Made by a program: the position numbers and the translations under genes. From positions 372,001-436,000 of the forward strand of contig JAQGDQ010000076.1 in the NCBI GenBank assembly GCA_030141605.1: a stretch of DNA of 64,000 nucleotides. Direction: 5' to 3'. The notes beneath the pieces were generated by a model that saw only the letters and a list, made by a program, of their open reading frames with translations, made no database searches and was not told where the DNA came from. This DNA is from Tubiluchus corallicola. Taxonomy: Eukaryota; Animalia; Priapulida. The stretch's first letter is position 1; the number at the start of each line of letters is the position of its first letter. Shown here piece after piece: positions 25,916 through 54,175 of the stretch.

Positions 25916-28900
25916 CGTGTTAGACTATTGTAAATAGAGCATTAAAAGAATTATAATTGCTAGTTAATACTGAAAACCACCAAAGGAAATCAAACAAACT
26001 TGAAAACTCAGGCAATTTTTATGGCGAGTGTTTTTTTGTGAGCGTGAGCTAGTGACAACATAAATCTTCAACTTTTCCATCTGTAATTGTGCATGGAAAA
26101 ACTTTGTTATGTATGGGAATGAATTTTTTTATTTGTTTCATATTTGCTATGTAATTTCATGTAAGTAGTGTAAATATATTATTATTTATTATTATGAACT
26201 GATGTATATGCTTGATACAAAAGTATGCATTGCCAGAGCTGCGGATAAATGAATGGTGTGAAAATTAGGAAGACTACATCTGAGCAATTTTGCCATACTG
26301 CCTAGGTTGGTAGGCAGTTGAGGTGGGCTATGAATGCATTCAAACACATATGATATTGGTGCCTGTTTAGCGTTTCATCTTTGATGACTATCTTTAATTA
26401 TAAACCAGATTCCGGTTCAGCCACAGGCATTCATCAATTGCAGTAGACTCTGAGGATGAGTGTCAGAAACTGACTTGCAGTGTCCTGATTTAAATAAAAA
26501 AATCTTGATGCAAAAATGTAGATAAATTGAATCAATTATTGTTTCTTGGTCAAGAATCATGGCAGAATCTCATCTTTTGCGCTCATGCTTGAATGCTTGA
26601 CAGTCAAATGCATTTTGTTGGATTTACCTGTCTGTAGATCGCAATTTGTATCAAAAGCACTTTAGCGACTATTAAGTTTATAGTTGTACATTATTCAGAA
26701 CCTTTGTAAATAAGGAAAAGTGATTCGATTTGTTTGGAGTTCTTTAATAATCTGAAAAATCGATAAAACCAGATCTTGCGCTCTTGAAGTAACCGGTAAA
26801 AGTTTGTTTGTGTTGCACTTGCACTGTCAAGTTTAATTGTTCCAAATAATTGATGTAGCGAATCAAAATATTTTTGTAAATAAAGGAATTACTTTAACGT
26901 TACATTCGTGGTTTGTGTGTTATTCGGATTTGAACCGTGGACTCAAGACGTAATTTTCTTCAAAGTTTGAAACTGTAAAACCGAAATCTTTTCAACAAAC
27001 TCCTGTTCTGAGTTAATTTGTGCAAATAGCAAGTGATCGTTACCTGACAGTTTGAGGTCAGGCGTATGAGAAGCGCAGGTTTGCAGGTAACTCGAATAAT
27101 GCAGGTATTTGCTATTGTAGAAAGTATCATATTGTTAAGAATTCGAGAGGTGTGTTTGTGGAACCAGAGAACAATGGCATTGCAAACTTTACATAGTAAG
27201 TATAGACCGGTCACCAGTTTAGAAGACCATGATCTTAGCGCACATCCGTAGGCCAAATCCCCGATATCCCAAATATGCTATGTATTTGACAAGTAGGCCT
27301 ACCATGATAAGCGCATTAAAAGCAAAACCGGACTCAATCTTAAACTGTAGGTCAAAGCAATCTACTGTTTAAGATATTGAAAGGAAACATACCATTTCTT
27401 AAAAAAAACTTGCATGAAAGAATTATTACCACACAAACGCAATTTCATGTTCGCACCACTAGTTTTTCGCTGTTACATGTATTTCGCTATTCGCTAGTTA
27501 GTCGGGCACTAGAGCCTGCATTTCGAAAACGTATTGCACAAAAAACAGGTACTGTACCTCTCAATGCAGATGTGTTAGTTTGTGATGAATTACACACGTT
27601 CGACAGCTCATGCGGGGGCGCAACGGTAAATTTTAAAAAACACTTAAATTTTCCCTTCCCCAAACACGTGCAACACGCTCATAGAACATTTTGATGTTCA
27701 AATTATGTTAGTTTGTGATGTCATCAACAGTTGGGCTCGCCTGCCCGTTGCTATGTTTTTAATCTATAATTTAATTACCAGAAACGCTTCTGCAGTATTA
27801 ATTGTGTTAAAATGTATACGTTTTATCGGACTCGAAAATGGGGTAGTATATGAAAAATCATCCTGTCTTCCTTTAGGGAATTCCAGTCCAGACCATTAGG
27901 TTTTCTTTTTATTAATAATTTTGGTGGCTTCCGCATCCGTTCCCGCCCACGCGTGCCTGCAGAGGTGCCGAACTGAACCGCTGCCGTATTTGGGATGGCA
28001 CTGTGCACTCAACAGGAAAACCGCGGTCTAAGGATGATCCCTTTATCCTGGTTTTTGGTATGTGAACTGCGAGAAGAAAGTAACAAAAGCTTTATTTGAG
28101 AACATCGTATGTGGTTTCCAAAAGTTGTTCATCGATAAACCCTCAAAATAAAAAAAAACGGTAGACACCATTTCTAGAGTTTTCAATTCAAAAGTTAACT
28201 ACCGGTGCCGTTAGAACAAATCTTATTACTATGTATCCGTTGCGCCGTCAATATCAGGTGGTGTAAGTATATATACATATATGTTCCTGTTTTGTTCCAC
28301 ATCCATTGATTGGAATGCTTAAGTGGACTACGCTGGATCCTGCGCCGTTAACCATGCAGTATGTGAAAAATCATCCTGTCTTCTTTAAACAAAGTTGCCG
28401 TTTACATGATAATTATCGGAACGCTTCATACGTACAAAAAAGAAGCAATACGATAATCGATCATTATGCGATAGTTTAGTAAGACGAAACAAAAAATAAG
28501 GTTGAAAAATCGCTACACAGAAAAACGTAATTTTCTAACAACCAGTGGGAATTAAATAAATTAAAAAATGCTACTCGCCTTAGTGGTCATAGTTCCCTGA
28601 AAAAAAACAGCCATTTCAAAAAAAAGAATGCATATAATAGTGAAGATAAAGTTTGACTCTGCACTCGCTGAAAATATTGACATGACAGGTAGCTGTGTTA
28701 ATGTTCTCTGTCTGTATTGACTTTATTACGAAACATTTCAGAGAATCGTGCTTTTCAGCGCAAATTACTGAAACTCGAGTGCTTTAGATTAAGTTTTTAG
28801 TGGGAAAAATGTTCTTGAGACAGCTTCAAGTACACACTACACGAAATTAACATAAGTAAAAAAATTGTAACCACAAATTACTGACACAAAATTAAAGCTC

Positions 28901-31145
28901 ATTACTGCCTTCTGGCAAAGCCTGAAATTTGATTACAGTAGTTACATACATACCAAGAGCGGCAGCGGTATAAGAATCGCAAATGTTTTTGAATCAGAAG
29001 CCCTGGCAAAATATCGGGCAAAATTCAGGCAAAATATCGTTTTAGGTGTTCAGGTCAACCTATGTATAAAAAGGGAAAACTTAGTGGCTAATTTCTGGAG
29101 CCAAGACTGACCGTAAATAACTTTTGTCACAATAAGCATTGTTTCAAAAACGAAGGCATACAAGGTTAATATAGGACTGATCCAACAGGCCTTCTGTAAA
29201 GGCGTCCTACAGTTTTTGCTTTTCCCATTATTATTTTCTCACGCAAACAAACTGGTCACAAGAATTCTTAGCTGACGAGCAAACTTCGTCTCAATTTTAA
29301 AAATCAACAGCAGTTAATTATCTGTTTAAATGTGCATAGTCAAAACCTTGACTGACCAGTGACCAGTGGTCAACACAAAGAGAGGGCTTTGCAAACAAAT
29401 TAAGCAGTCATTGTGCGTCGCAAATAGGACAAGAGAGATAGATAAATTGTTTGAAGCAGTAAACAACGAAAGGCACCGCCATCAATAATCCTTAGTGTTA
29501 AGATTGAACTAGTCCAATAGAGTGTTTGCTTGACAGGAAGAAACGCTTCAAGAAAGGCGTTGAAATTAAAGTGACGAAGGCTAGGTGCAAGTTAAAAATA
29601 CTTAAAATGATATAAAAAATTCCTGAAAATACATAATTAAGCGATAGCAGTCGAATAAAGTCGGTAAACTACTGCGTCTGATTCCAAGTATTATCCGAAG
29701 TAATGCAACCAGTAATAAAAAATAAAGAAAATAAATAAAATCTACGTGGTCTAATAGGGTAATTAAACAATAGTAAGCAAACCTTCACCATGTTTGATGA
29801 ACAGCAGGGCTGAGTGTACTACAAGTGAAATCGAATTTAAAATGACAGTGACTGAATAGTTAAAATGTACTCATATTTGTAAACGCTGGGTGCATCTTAG
29901 GTGCTTTTTTACACTTTGAGCTGCTGCAACTTACATTTACTTGTTCACATACCATTTGTTTTTTGCATGGAAAGCGACGCAACGAGATGCGTTGATGTAA
30001 TAAGAATAGTCCAAATTCCACTATGCCTTAAGTACAATGTGAAATCGCCAGCAACTCTATTATATTTTGAATAGAGCAAGACTTTTATATGATTTTGAAG
30101 TTTAAGAGTTAATTCGAAGATTCAAAAATAATTGTTTTGGCAACAGATAGCAATAAAAAACAAAACAAAAAATACGACTACAAAACTTTCAAATGTATAT
30201 TTAACAATGGTGGTTGATGCTGGCACTTTTAAAAAAAATATGCAAATTTACGAGATAGTACGAATTTAACACGAAAATTATTTCTGCTTCAAAAAAAATC
30301 AAAAACTTAAAATTTCTTCAACTTACAGATTTATTTTACAATGGAATACATGAAATTTACAAACCACAGTGAATGAAAATAAGGTGAGAAATCATTGTAC
30401 ACCAACAATATTCGTAACAAGTGTGGTAGGAACACAGGATCCACAGACACAATAGCAAACAGCAAAGTTTCGACATTCCATGTGCAATGAATGTGACAAC
30501 TTCAAACCATAAAAGCATAAGCGTTGAAGAAACAAGTGATACCTAGCACCACTTGTTAATGAAAATAGTTGGTATTTTGCCACAAAATGTTAAATGTCAA
30601 GAAAATCAGATCTACAAAAATACAATTGTACAGGTCTGTTTTTATTCATGTTTTTAAATTGGTTAATTATGTGACAGATACAGAAATATAATGCTATAAA
30701 CAGTTTCATTAATGCTTTACAAAAAACGAATGCTATTTCTAAGTATCTTTGAAAGATAACTTTTCAGCAACAGACCAAATATGAGTGAATTTTCGAGACG
30801 ATTAACCCTACAAATATGGGAAGTTATCAGAGCATCGATGCTTACTGAGAGGTGAGACCCTTCTTCAACGCCTTTTTATCATATTCTGAAAACTGCATAT
30901 ACTTGTTAGTTTACATAATTACACAGATATTCAATGCTTGTTGCCAGCATGAAGGCATTACTGATTAATGACAACACAATTCAAATGTGTTTTTTCAAAC
31001 AATCAGAATTCGAAGTTCTACACACAATTTGTTTTTAAGCAAAAAATGAAAATACAAGAGCCCTCAAACGAGCAGTCATTTTGCAGGGCAAATTAATAAA
31101 ACTAAACTGTACATGGTATATCTAACAGTGAACACTCTTTAGCTA

Positions 31146-33056
31146 TTATCGATAGCCTCCTCCTCCCCTTGGACCGCCTCTACCTCTGCCACCTCTACCT
31201 CCGCCGCGGCCACGTCCTCTTCCGCCCCGTCCACCGCCTCTTCCACCTCGACCACCTGCAAGGATAGAAAATATGATACAAACATGGAATGTGTGACAAG
31301 TAAGAACTTGTAATCACACCTTGCTTTGGTTATGAACAGTAAAATGTTCAGTCCTTAAAATTACTTACTTGAAAATGCAAGAAACAGCTAGCACAGTATT
31401 ATAATAAAAAAGGCCTACTTTTATAAAGTGCTGAAGCAGCATCACATGGAATTTAATTTGTTTGTAACAGTTTACATGTTATGAGCATGTGTGCAAACAA
31501 CAGTCACTGATTAATACATCATGGTAACAAAGTAAATAGTGAAGTGGTAAATTTTTCACAACTTCGATAAAATTTAGCTTTCATTTGAATACAATTACTA
31601 AGGAGCACTACACTATATGGAGTTATGTCTTTATGAGAATTAAAATGCAAATTACATAAAGCAGTTCATATTTTATAAATTAATTTGTCTCAACTACTTT
31701 AAGTTCATAAGTGTCCTAAATTAACTGATTAAAGTTTATATAATAAAATGTAAAATGTACCTATGTTATAAAATATAATTTGAATGAATCTAAAAATATG
31801 AGTACTTTGTAACACCATTATAGCAAACAGGGCTTACTGAGTACACACTGTAATGCAAACTCACAAAAGAGATTGAAAACTCATCATTTATCTAACTAGT
31901 ACAATAGCTTTGACAGCATGTCAAAAAGTCCGCAATGCGCAATACCCGAGTACCAGTATCGTGAATTGCACCTCCATTACTATGTATTTATAAGTTATTA
32001 TTGCGTACTTTTCCTTTGCCAGCCATCTTAAAATTAATTTACAGTTAAATTTAACCAGCCATTCCTGGTGCAGCAAAAAAGTTGTTGAGTATGCAGCAGC
32101 CTGTCGAAAGGTCATTTTGTCTACTAGCTGTATAAAAACTGACTTATTTTCGGTGGCTTAGCACCCAGGTGTTTTGCATACATACACTGACAGCACAGTG
32201 TTGAGATGTTTCATCAAGTGATGAACCCTACTGCAGTTACTTTGCTGCAAAAACTTTTTATATAAGGATAAACAGAAATTTTGTGCAAACAAAATTGGCT
32301 GACCATTTTTGAATCTCACTGACCTTACTGAACATGTCACGTAACTGTTTATGCATACGTCCAATTTAATACGAAATGTTCATTGTACATTATTTATACA
32401 CACTTAGTGCTTGCCATCTAATAGTCATCTACATATGACTAAAGAATATCATGGCTATAGATTACTTTTTGCTAGATCCCTAGTAGGTTCGCTATAATGA
32501 TGTTATACTGTTTGTAATAAGTGCTATATTGTAAAAACCAAATTTACCTCGTCCCCTATCGCCTCGTCCACGCCCTCTTCTTGGCCCGTCATCTATCAGC
32601 AAGGTATCAAGTGGTAGACTATCCGGGAGAATGTAGTAGCGGATGTTGTTGCCACGGATACTTAACGTGTCGAGCTGAACGGGGTCCTTGTTCTTTAAGG
32701 TCATCTTCACCGCCTTTAGGTGAGTGTTCATACTGACATCGACGCCAGTGATTGTTCCATGAACCTGCACACAAAAAGTACAGGAATCGTAATTAGTGGT
32801 AGGATAAGATTAATCAATTTAGGCTTTTATTATTTCTGATCACTGATTTTCAGCTGCCGATGCAAAGCAGTTGTGCTGTCAATACCATTTTCAACCTTTT
32901 TTTCAGAAACCCACAAAAATCGCGCGTTAAACTGGTTGTCATTGCCATCATTTTAATAATTAATTCATAAATAGATCAGCTTACCTGAGTGCCATTCTTT
33001 AGCTCAATGGTCACAGTCTCATGACTCAATTTCATCAAGAAACCGACAAGCTTCAT
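31146..33056 (-). CDS. SNRPD1: Small nuclear ribonucleoprotein Sm D1 (132 aa)
   Basis: Exons 33056-32985 ([24 protein letters not shown]), 32764-32548 ([41 protein letters not shown]) and 31255-31146 (RG-rich tail, TAA). GT-AG introns, total 399 nt. An acceptor at 33082-33083 implies a non-coding first exon further right. Confidence 0.97.
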
Positions 33057-34429
33057 TATAAGTTTCCAAATTTAGCAACTCCTGAAATGCAAATCTATAT
33101 AAAAATGTGATAGTATGTCTCATAATACACAGTTATATAATTGGTTAGAATGACATTACTTGACAAAATATTAGAATATTCTTTTATAATTCCTCTATTT
33201 TACCACCCAGTCTTCTTTTCTTTGGTAATATTAATTGCCTTCAGTAGACTACAGCGTGGCAAATTGTGCAACTATTACTATGATAACAATGGTAAAGCGT
33301 GGTTGTACATTCTCAAATAAAATAATATTTTGTGCTTGGTTCCTGATACAGCAGAGCGGTTGCGATTAGGGGTGTTCGGGATCGGTGTCGTTATGTCCCC
33401 AACTCTCTATCTTTATGATCGATTGTTACTTACATTGTTTTTGACATAGAAATATGGGCTGATTTAAACCAAACCCAGTGCAAGCAAATAGAAAGATAAA
33501 CCATGTAAAATATTAAATCAAACAATTAGTAGGAGTTATTAGGGTTTATTGTTAGTACACGGAATTTGGTCTCTTGAACAAAAGATTCATCATAAAAAGA
33601 TGAAACGTGGTTCAGGATATTAGTTAATTCTGATGAGGACAGAGATGGACATAAAATATTAAAAAGCATTGCACAAACAACTATTAATGGTGGCTGGTGA
33701 AAAACTATGAAAGAAACAGCAAAAAATATAGATTACATATAAGTGAACAGGCATCAGATAAAAAAGAAATCAAAGAAAAGAAATTAAATATTCGATAAAT
33801 CAGTATTTGGAAAATGAAATAGTGTTAAAAATTAGAACTGAAATAAAGCTCATGTGTTTAAGTAATAGAGCAGTGGAGTGGTGTAAACCAATGAAATATA
33901 TTGTAGAATTTGCAAGAAAAGACAGTTAACAAAATTACAGAGTGGAAATTGCATATAGTCAGAGTTAAAGCAAATTATCAAAATAAGTTTAAATGAGATG
34001 TCAAATGACCATTATGCAAAAACAATGTAGACACTACAGAACATTTATTATTGTGTGAAAAATTGAATGAAATAATGCGTGTAAGTAACATTGCAATTGA
34101 TGTTTACCTTCAAACAGTTCAGATGTGATTGCACTGTAACAGGAGGCACACACCTCTCAGTTCGCTACTTTAAAATGTTCGTGAGTCTGACCTTACAACA
34201 TTATCATGAAATTTTTTCCAATAAGGAACAACTCTATTAGCAAAGAAATGCTCTCGTATGTTTGTCCCAACAGACGTAACAGACAGGTTGTGCTCTGTTT
34301 TATGAGTGGCAGAAAAATGAATCTCGATTAATATGCCAATAGTCATTCATTATTTCATATACGTTTACCAAACCAAACGATACCCTGTGTTGTTCCAAAG
34401 TAGAAACATTGACAATACCTTGACAGTAC

Positions 34430-35273
34430 AGAGGTAACCCTTAAACAACTTATTTACGCCATCACATTTCTTAATGAACTTCGTGATATCTATTAACACT
34501 ATCTATAGTGCCAGCTGGTTTCTTCAGAAATCATTTAGTCATGCAGAATCCGAGTCTCCTGATACGATAAATTTTCCAAGCCTTGTAACAAGAACTGGTG
34601 TTGAGTCTTTATCGAGAACCTCCAATATTCCAGCAACTTTAGTTCTGTCATTGTCACGGCATTCCTCCCTATCAAATGAACTCAATGGTTCGGGCACACT
34701 TTTAAAAATCAAGTTACACTTACGACGATCAAGGTCATCGGGCTCACTGATAACCAAGTTAATCTTTTTGTTAATTTCAGACAAATGTTTTTGAATCTTA
34801 ACAATAGCCTGTGACTGAGAGGAGTTCTCTTGTATCAAACTGTCACCATCAACATGCAACTTACTGATAACAGTGCTGTCAGCTTTTATAGCAAGTCTTG
34901 CTTCAATGTTAGCAAAGCTTGCTTCTAATTTCTTTTGAAATTTTTCGAGTTTACGTTCAATATTGATGCCATTAAATACATTAGCTTTTGCTTTCTGCTC
35001 GCAATCACTGCAATAAAGGGGAAGTTCACTTAGTCTGGAATTGTCAACCAACAATTTGTATTCAACCTTAGACAATTTTGCACAGTTCTAAGCAAATCCA
35101 TTTCTCACATTGCTCACAATTCATGGCCTCATATTCTACTGATCATACGCAACAGATCTGACACAGAGAAACTGCTTCAGACTCACTAGATTTCTTGTCC
35201 ACTACGGTTACAGACTGCAGGAATCACTTTAAGTAGAACTGGTGTTTAACATGTGTTGAGATCTCCGTGACAT
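34430..35273 (-). mobile_element. Decayed CR1/L2-clade LINE ORF1
   Basis: PHD-finger remnants (CEQCEKWICL..YCSDC), a coiled coil and RRKCNLIFKSVPE..VTRLGK, typical of LINE ORF1. Stops and frameshifts are present. Confidence 0.75.
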
Positions 35274-35335
35274 GATACTAAACTAGCTTAAACTGAAATG
35301 TTAAATATAGTGGCACCACAACAGGTAGAGGGAGG

Positions 35336-36800
35336 TCATGCCATCAGAACATTTTGTTCCCATTGGGGTAACATAGGATCTATAAATGTTGATGAACTCT
35401 GCAGCCAGAGCTTGGTAAGACGTGCTTGAAATTGCTCAAAATTTTTTGCCTCAACCGCACTTGCTGGGAACCTGTCCCATGGAAGGACAACCCTGAAAGC
35501 AAATAAATGCTGATACGTTTTGACCAACTGCTCTGGATACGATGCTCGAATAATTTGCATGAATTACCTCTTGTCTGTTGTTGTTGACATCTTGTAATAT
35601 AATCATCCATGTGTGATTTATCAATACCATATATAATTCTAAAAGTTTGTGTCATATCCTATCTCATGCACCTATACTTAAGTGTGGTTACACCGATTTC
35701 TTGAAGCCTTTGTGAAGAAGTTAGGTTACAGATTCCTAGAATCAGCCTGGTCATTCTTCGTTGAATTTTCTCTACTGTGCAGATAGAATTCTGTCTTGAT
35801 GGGTCCCACATTACATCTGCATAATCAAGGATGGGCCTGACCAATGACTTATATAATCTCAGAACCACTGCTTTATCAAGAAATTGAAAATTGGTATTAA
35901 TCTGTAGTGAGCCTTCTGTGTGACATAAGCAGTGAGGCTTCAAGTCAAGGCTGCTGTCTACAATGACTCTAAGGTTTGTTTCCTTATCAACTTTGCTAAT
36001 ACCTGACACTTGATTAACAGAGGAGATGGTGTAGTTAGACTGGGAAACAACTCTACCAATAGTCATTACCTTACATTTCTCTAGGTTGTGGTTCATTTGG
36101 CATTTATTACACCACTAATTTACTCAATTGACATTGCTTTGAAGATTAGCTTGCAATGTTGAGTTAGATGCTTTGCCATATATTTTGGTATCATGAGCAA
36201 ACAGTTTACTTGCACAGGTGGTGTTATCAAGTAAATGATCGATTCAAAGTGTAAATAATAATAGTCTGATGACAGTGCCTTGTGAAATGCCGAAAGTGAT
36301 CGGAGTCCATATGGATTCCATTGACAATTACACATTGTTTTCCATCTATTAGGAATTCACAAATCCTTGCCATATCATGCCTCTAATACCATACGCTGTA
36401 AGTTTCTTCTTTAAACGTGCATGACGAACCCAGTCAAAAGCCTTAAAAGTGACTTGTAAATTGCATCCACTTGGTCACCTGAATCCAAAATTTCTCTACA
36501 GTTTCTAATAGATCTTCCACACCTGAAGCCATGCTGTGCAGGATGCCACAAATTGTTTTCTTCTACGTGTGCATAAGCTTTGTCAAAGATAATGCCTTCC
36601 AAGGGTTTACACATAACTGAAGTGAGACCAATTGGTCTATAGTATGTAGCTTGATTTTTTTGCACCTTTTTTCTTGCATATTGCAGTGATATCGGCTAAA
36701 TTTCAAGAGGAAGAGGAGACAGTCATGCATGCTTTTGTTCATTACATTCACAAGCGGTGTGGAAAAAGCCTTCTCACATTTTTTAACCACAACCGGATAA
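35336..36800 (-). mobile_element. Decayed CR1/L2-clade LINE ORF2 (reverse transcriptase and C-terminus)
   Basis: YRPIGLTSVMCKPLE, QHGFR.GRS, QVDAIY, KCKVMTIG, LYKSLVRPILDYA..W.P, EKIQRRMTR and TRGNSCKL, spread over several frames. Confidence 0.92.
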
Positions 36801-36899
36801 GAAGTAAATCTCAGAATTAAGCAAGCCCTGAGAGAAAGAAAGTTATTGGAGTCTAATTTTGAGATATAGTAACCGAAGTGTTACAAAACAAAACTAGGG

Positions 36900-37360
36900 T
36901 TGTACTTAAAGATAACTGACTTCAAGAAGTGAAGCCGAAGCATAACCGCTGATCTAAAAATTTACAAACACCTAACCAAACTAGTTAATATCATTATATA
37001 GAAGAAACATACATAAAATCCAAAGAAACACTTTGGTTGAAAAATTGACAAAGAAAACGTGCGAAATAACCGCAAAACGTTCACGCCGCGGCTGTATCTA
37101 CTGTTGTGCTACCTATTGGGAGGAAAGCAAGGTTTCCAAAAACAACAGAACAGGCGAGACACAATGAGCAACAGAGTGAGGAGGTCGCAAAGTGGCGTTA
37201 GTTCACAAACGTAGAATTTGTCAAATGACAAGAGTTTATGACTGTTTTAATAGCTACATCTGAAGCGGATTTGTCATAACTATAGTAACTATAGCTTCTG
37301 TCTTTACAATGCCATAACTTTTCTGTGCCTGTACTGGAAGTCTAAATTAAGTAAGGTAAA
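36900..37360. promoter_or_regulatory. Candidate bidirectional promoter region for Sm D1 (-) and KLC (+)
   Basis: Both genes begin their coding exons after a splice acceptor (33082 on -, 37872 on +). This CpG-richer stretch is unique sequence between the LINE and KLC. Possible + strand donor at 37351 or 37356. Confidence 0.45.
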
Positions 37361-37915
37361 AACGATACACTGTAACGTAAACTGCTGTTATTGGTTTATC
37401 ATGGGTATTATACTATTAATTATTATCATAAGTGACGTTGGACTAATAACACAGAAACTTGTATCTTTTTATAACAAGCATTCATTGATGTTTCATTGAT
37501 TAAGCAGCCAATATTCAATAAACGACTAATAAAGTAATTGATGTTGAAATTTATTTATTCCATATGCCATTTGTGCAACTCGTAGCATTTTATTTTAGAT
37601 TGTGTCACAAGATGAGGCGGCAATATTATTATTATCTCACCAGTCTCGTGGTTAATTCCAGAAAGTCTACCAATATACAGTCTACAGATTAGTAATGGGG
37701 GAATAGATTTATTTTTGAAGCGAAACAAGACATATCTAATTTTGGACACATTTAAAAAAAGTTCTGGTTCCGTTACAGATCTAAATATTTGAAAGTGTGC
37801 TTTTTTATGTTATTATGCCTTTCTTTCTTTTAGCAAACATGTGTTTAACTGATGGAACTTTACTTTTTTTAGGCTGTAATTAAAACTCATTACTCTACGA
37901 AACTTAACAGTTAAT

Positions 37916-52086
<14,171 letters not shown>

Positions 52087-53039
52087 TGTCAAAAGACTAA
52101 AAATTAAATTCCATTGTTTAGCGATCACTGTTTAATTTTAGTACTGGTCATGGTTTCTGTAGCCATAATGTACTGACTCAAGCTGCTGTACTTTACTTGC
52201 TCTTACTATCATTTTGTAAGATCTATATGTGTTTAATGAACATTTTTACAATATTGCATAATAGTTTTGTCTGGTGTGCACGGCACATGCGATGTTGCAA
52301 GAGCTAATTGTGTCAAGCCTATTATTTAAAGTTATTTATTTATACATTTATTTATTTATTACAAAATTCCACAATTGTAAGTCACTTACTTTGATGGTTA
52401 AAAAGTACAAAATCTCGTAATTGACTTGATTGTTATTTTTGAATTAAGTAGAGTCACAAATGTAAAGCCTGTTGCTAAATAGCTGCGTTTTTTAAACTAA
52501 AAAGAAATTCCATTTTAAACAAAGAATTTTTGTGTGAACTCTCATCTGTGCAATTTATTATTATATTCAGCAAATTTATTGTAATTATAGGTTCATCCAG
52601 TTTGTCCTAAAATAATCAATTAGACACACTGTTATATCTGTCATACCTGGGATTTCTTGCTGATTTGTGCATCTGTAAAGGTGTATATGATTAATTTATT
52701 TTGCTGGATATTCTGTTGGGTCAGCGTGAAGTCAGTAATTATTCTGTGTCAACAGCTTTCTAGTCTAATTAGTAAAAATATTTATGCTCATCTTTATTTA
52801 CAGTGTTATTTTTGACTGATATTGCTATCAGATATTAATCATTAAACACATTTTATTTGGAACTGTAATTATGGTTTTTCAGTCTCAAATGTCAATTGTT
52901 CACATTATACAATTATAAGTGTGGCAGCATATTACCGATTACCGTCGAAGGATAGAGGTTAAGCATAAATAGCTTATGAACCTCTCCACTCTTGTTTACT
53001 TTATCAATATAAAAAATAAACATAATAGGCGGCAACACT

Positions 53040-53230
53040 GCAATCACGAAGCGAAACACAGGGTTTCTTGTTGCCATTGTGGCAACCTGGGGTCTATATA
53101 TTTTTCAGCACTGTTTTTCCAATATCTATCGAGACGAGACTTAAACTGGGCAGGATTGGATGCTTGAACTACATGGTCAGGCAGCGTTTTCCACTCATTA
53201 ATTACTCGCCTTGCGAATGTCCATATATTG
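53040..53230 (-). mobile_element. 3' fragment of a CR1/L2-like LINE
   Basis: FARRVINEWKTLPDHVVQASNPAQFKSRLDRYW, the typical ORF2 C-terminus. Homologous to 35336-35500 (IDPRLPQWQQ vs IDPMLPQWEQ). Confidence 0.85.
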
Positions 53231-53319
53231 GCTTGTAGCACATATATATAATATGGCGTCATACACAGTATAGGGTACAACATATTAGTCACATGTTACA
53301 AGTCCAAATCTATGTAGTA

Positions 53320-53877
53320 CAGGGATACGCAAAGTGCGGCCCGCGAAGAGATTCGTCAACCTAATGAAAGTGCGGCCCAAGCGATGAATCAGGTGTATGC
53401 AGCTGAAGTCTGCGCCACGATCGCAAAGATAGTGTGGGTAGTTTTTCCACTAGATCGGATGCCAGTAGCCCTTACAAGATGTTTGTCACTTAATGTCACT
53501 GTCGAACATAACGAAATTACTTGTTACTCACGTGGAGCACAAAAAAGCCATGTAATCACAGCAGACTACCACGGAAGCCACCATTGAAACGCTCAAATGT
53601 GCAAGAATGCGAGAAGCAATCTGATTGGCTGGTAGGAAGACCAACCAGCCAATCTTTAGGTTTTATTATCGAGGCTGTTGATCTGCCCGTCGCCTTCTTT
53701 GTCACAGCAGGTAGATCATTTGGACTTGGTTATTTTATAAAATAACTTATAAATAAATAAATTATAAAAAATATAAAATAACCAAGTCAAAATGATCCAC
53801 CTACAATGACCAAAAAAGACGACTGGGCAGATTAAATTGTAAGTAGCCAACAAGCTGGAAAAGTGTGGTCATCCCTG
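53320..53877. mobile_element. Probable hAT (Charlie-like) non-autonomous element
   Basis: Left end CAGGGATACGCAAAGTGCGGCCCGCG with a repeated AAAGTGCGGCCC. Right end AAAAGTGTGGTCATCCCTG. Flanks ATGTAGTA/ATATAGGG (5/8). Confidence 0.55.
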
Positions 53878-54175
53878 ATATAGGGGGATTCCCAGATTTT
53901 AGTTTCCGTATAGGCTCAGTAGTACACGCCTGGATCAGTAGCTGCTTCGTCGTTTCAACAGGTGTAGTGTTCTTATAAATCAGAAACATGGATAAGAAAA
54001 AAGAGAAAGTTAGAAGAAGAACATCCAGTCAAGGCAGGTTAATATGCACTGTACTACATAGACTGTGTGATACACATTACTAATATGCATAGTCAAATTA
54101 CCACTCTCTGTCGTGAAAATAGAGATATATGGTTTTTAATATAAATTTTAATAACTTCTGAAATAGTTTCTTGAG

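Noticed and set aside
26915-26945. Minus-strand B-box-like GGTTCAAATCC
   Set aside because: No matching A box or cloverleaf.
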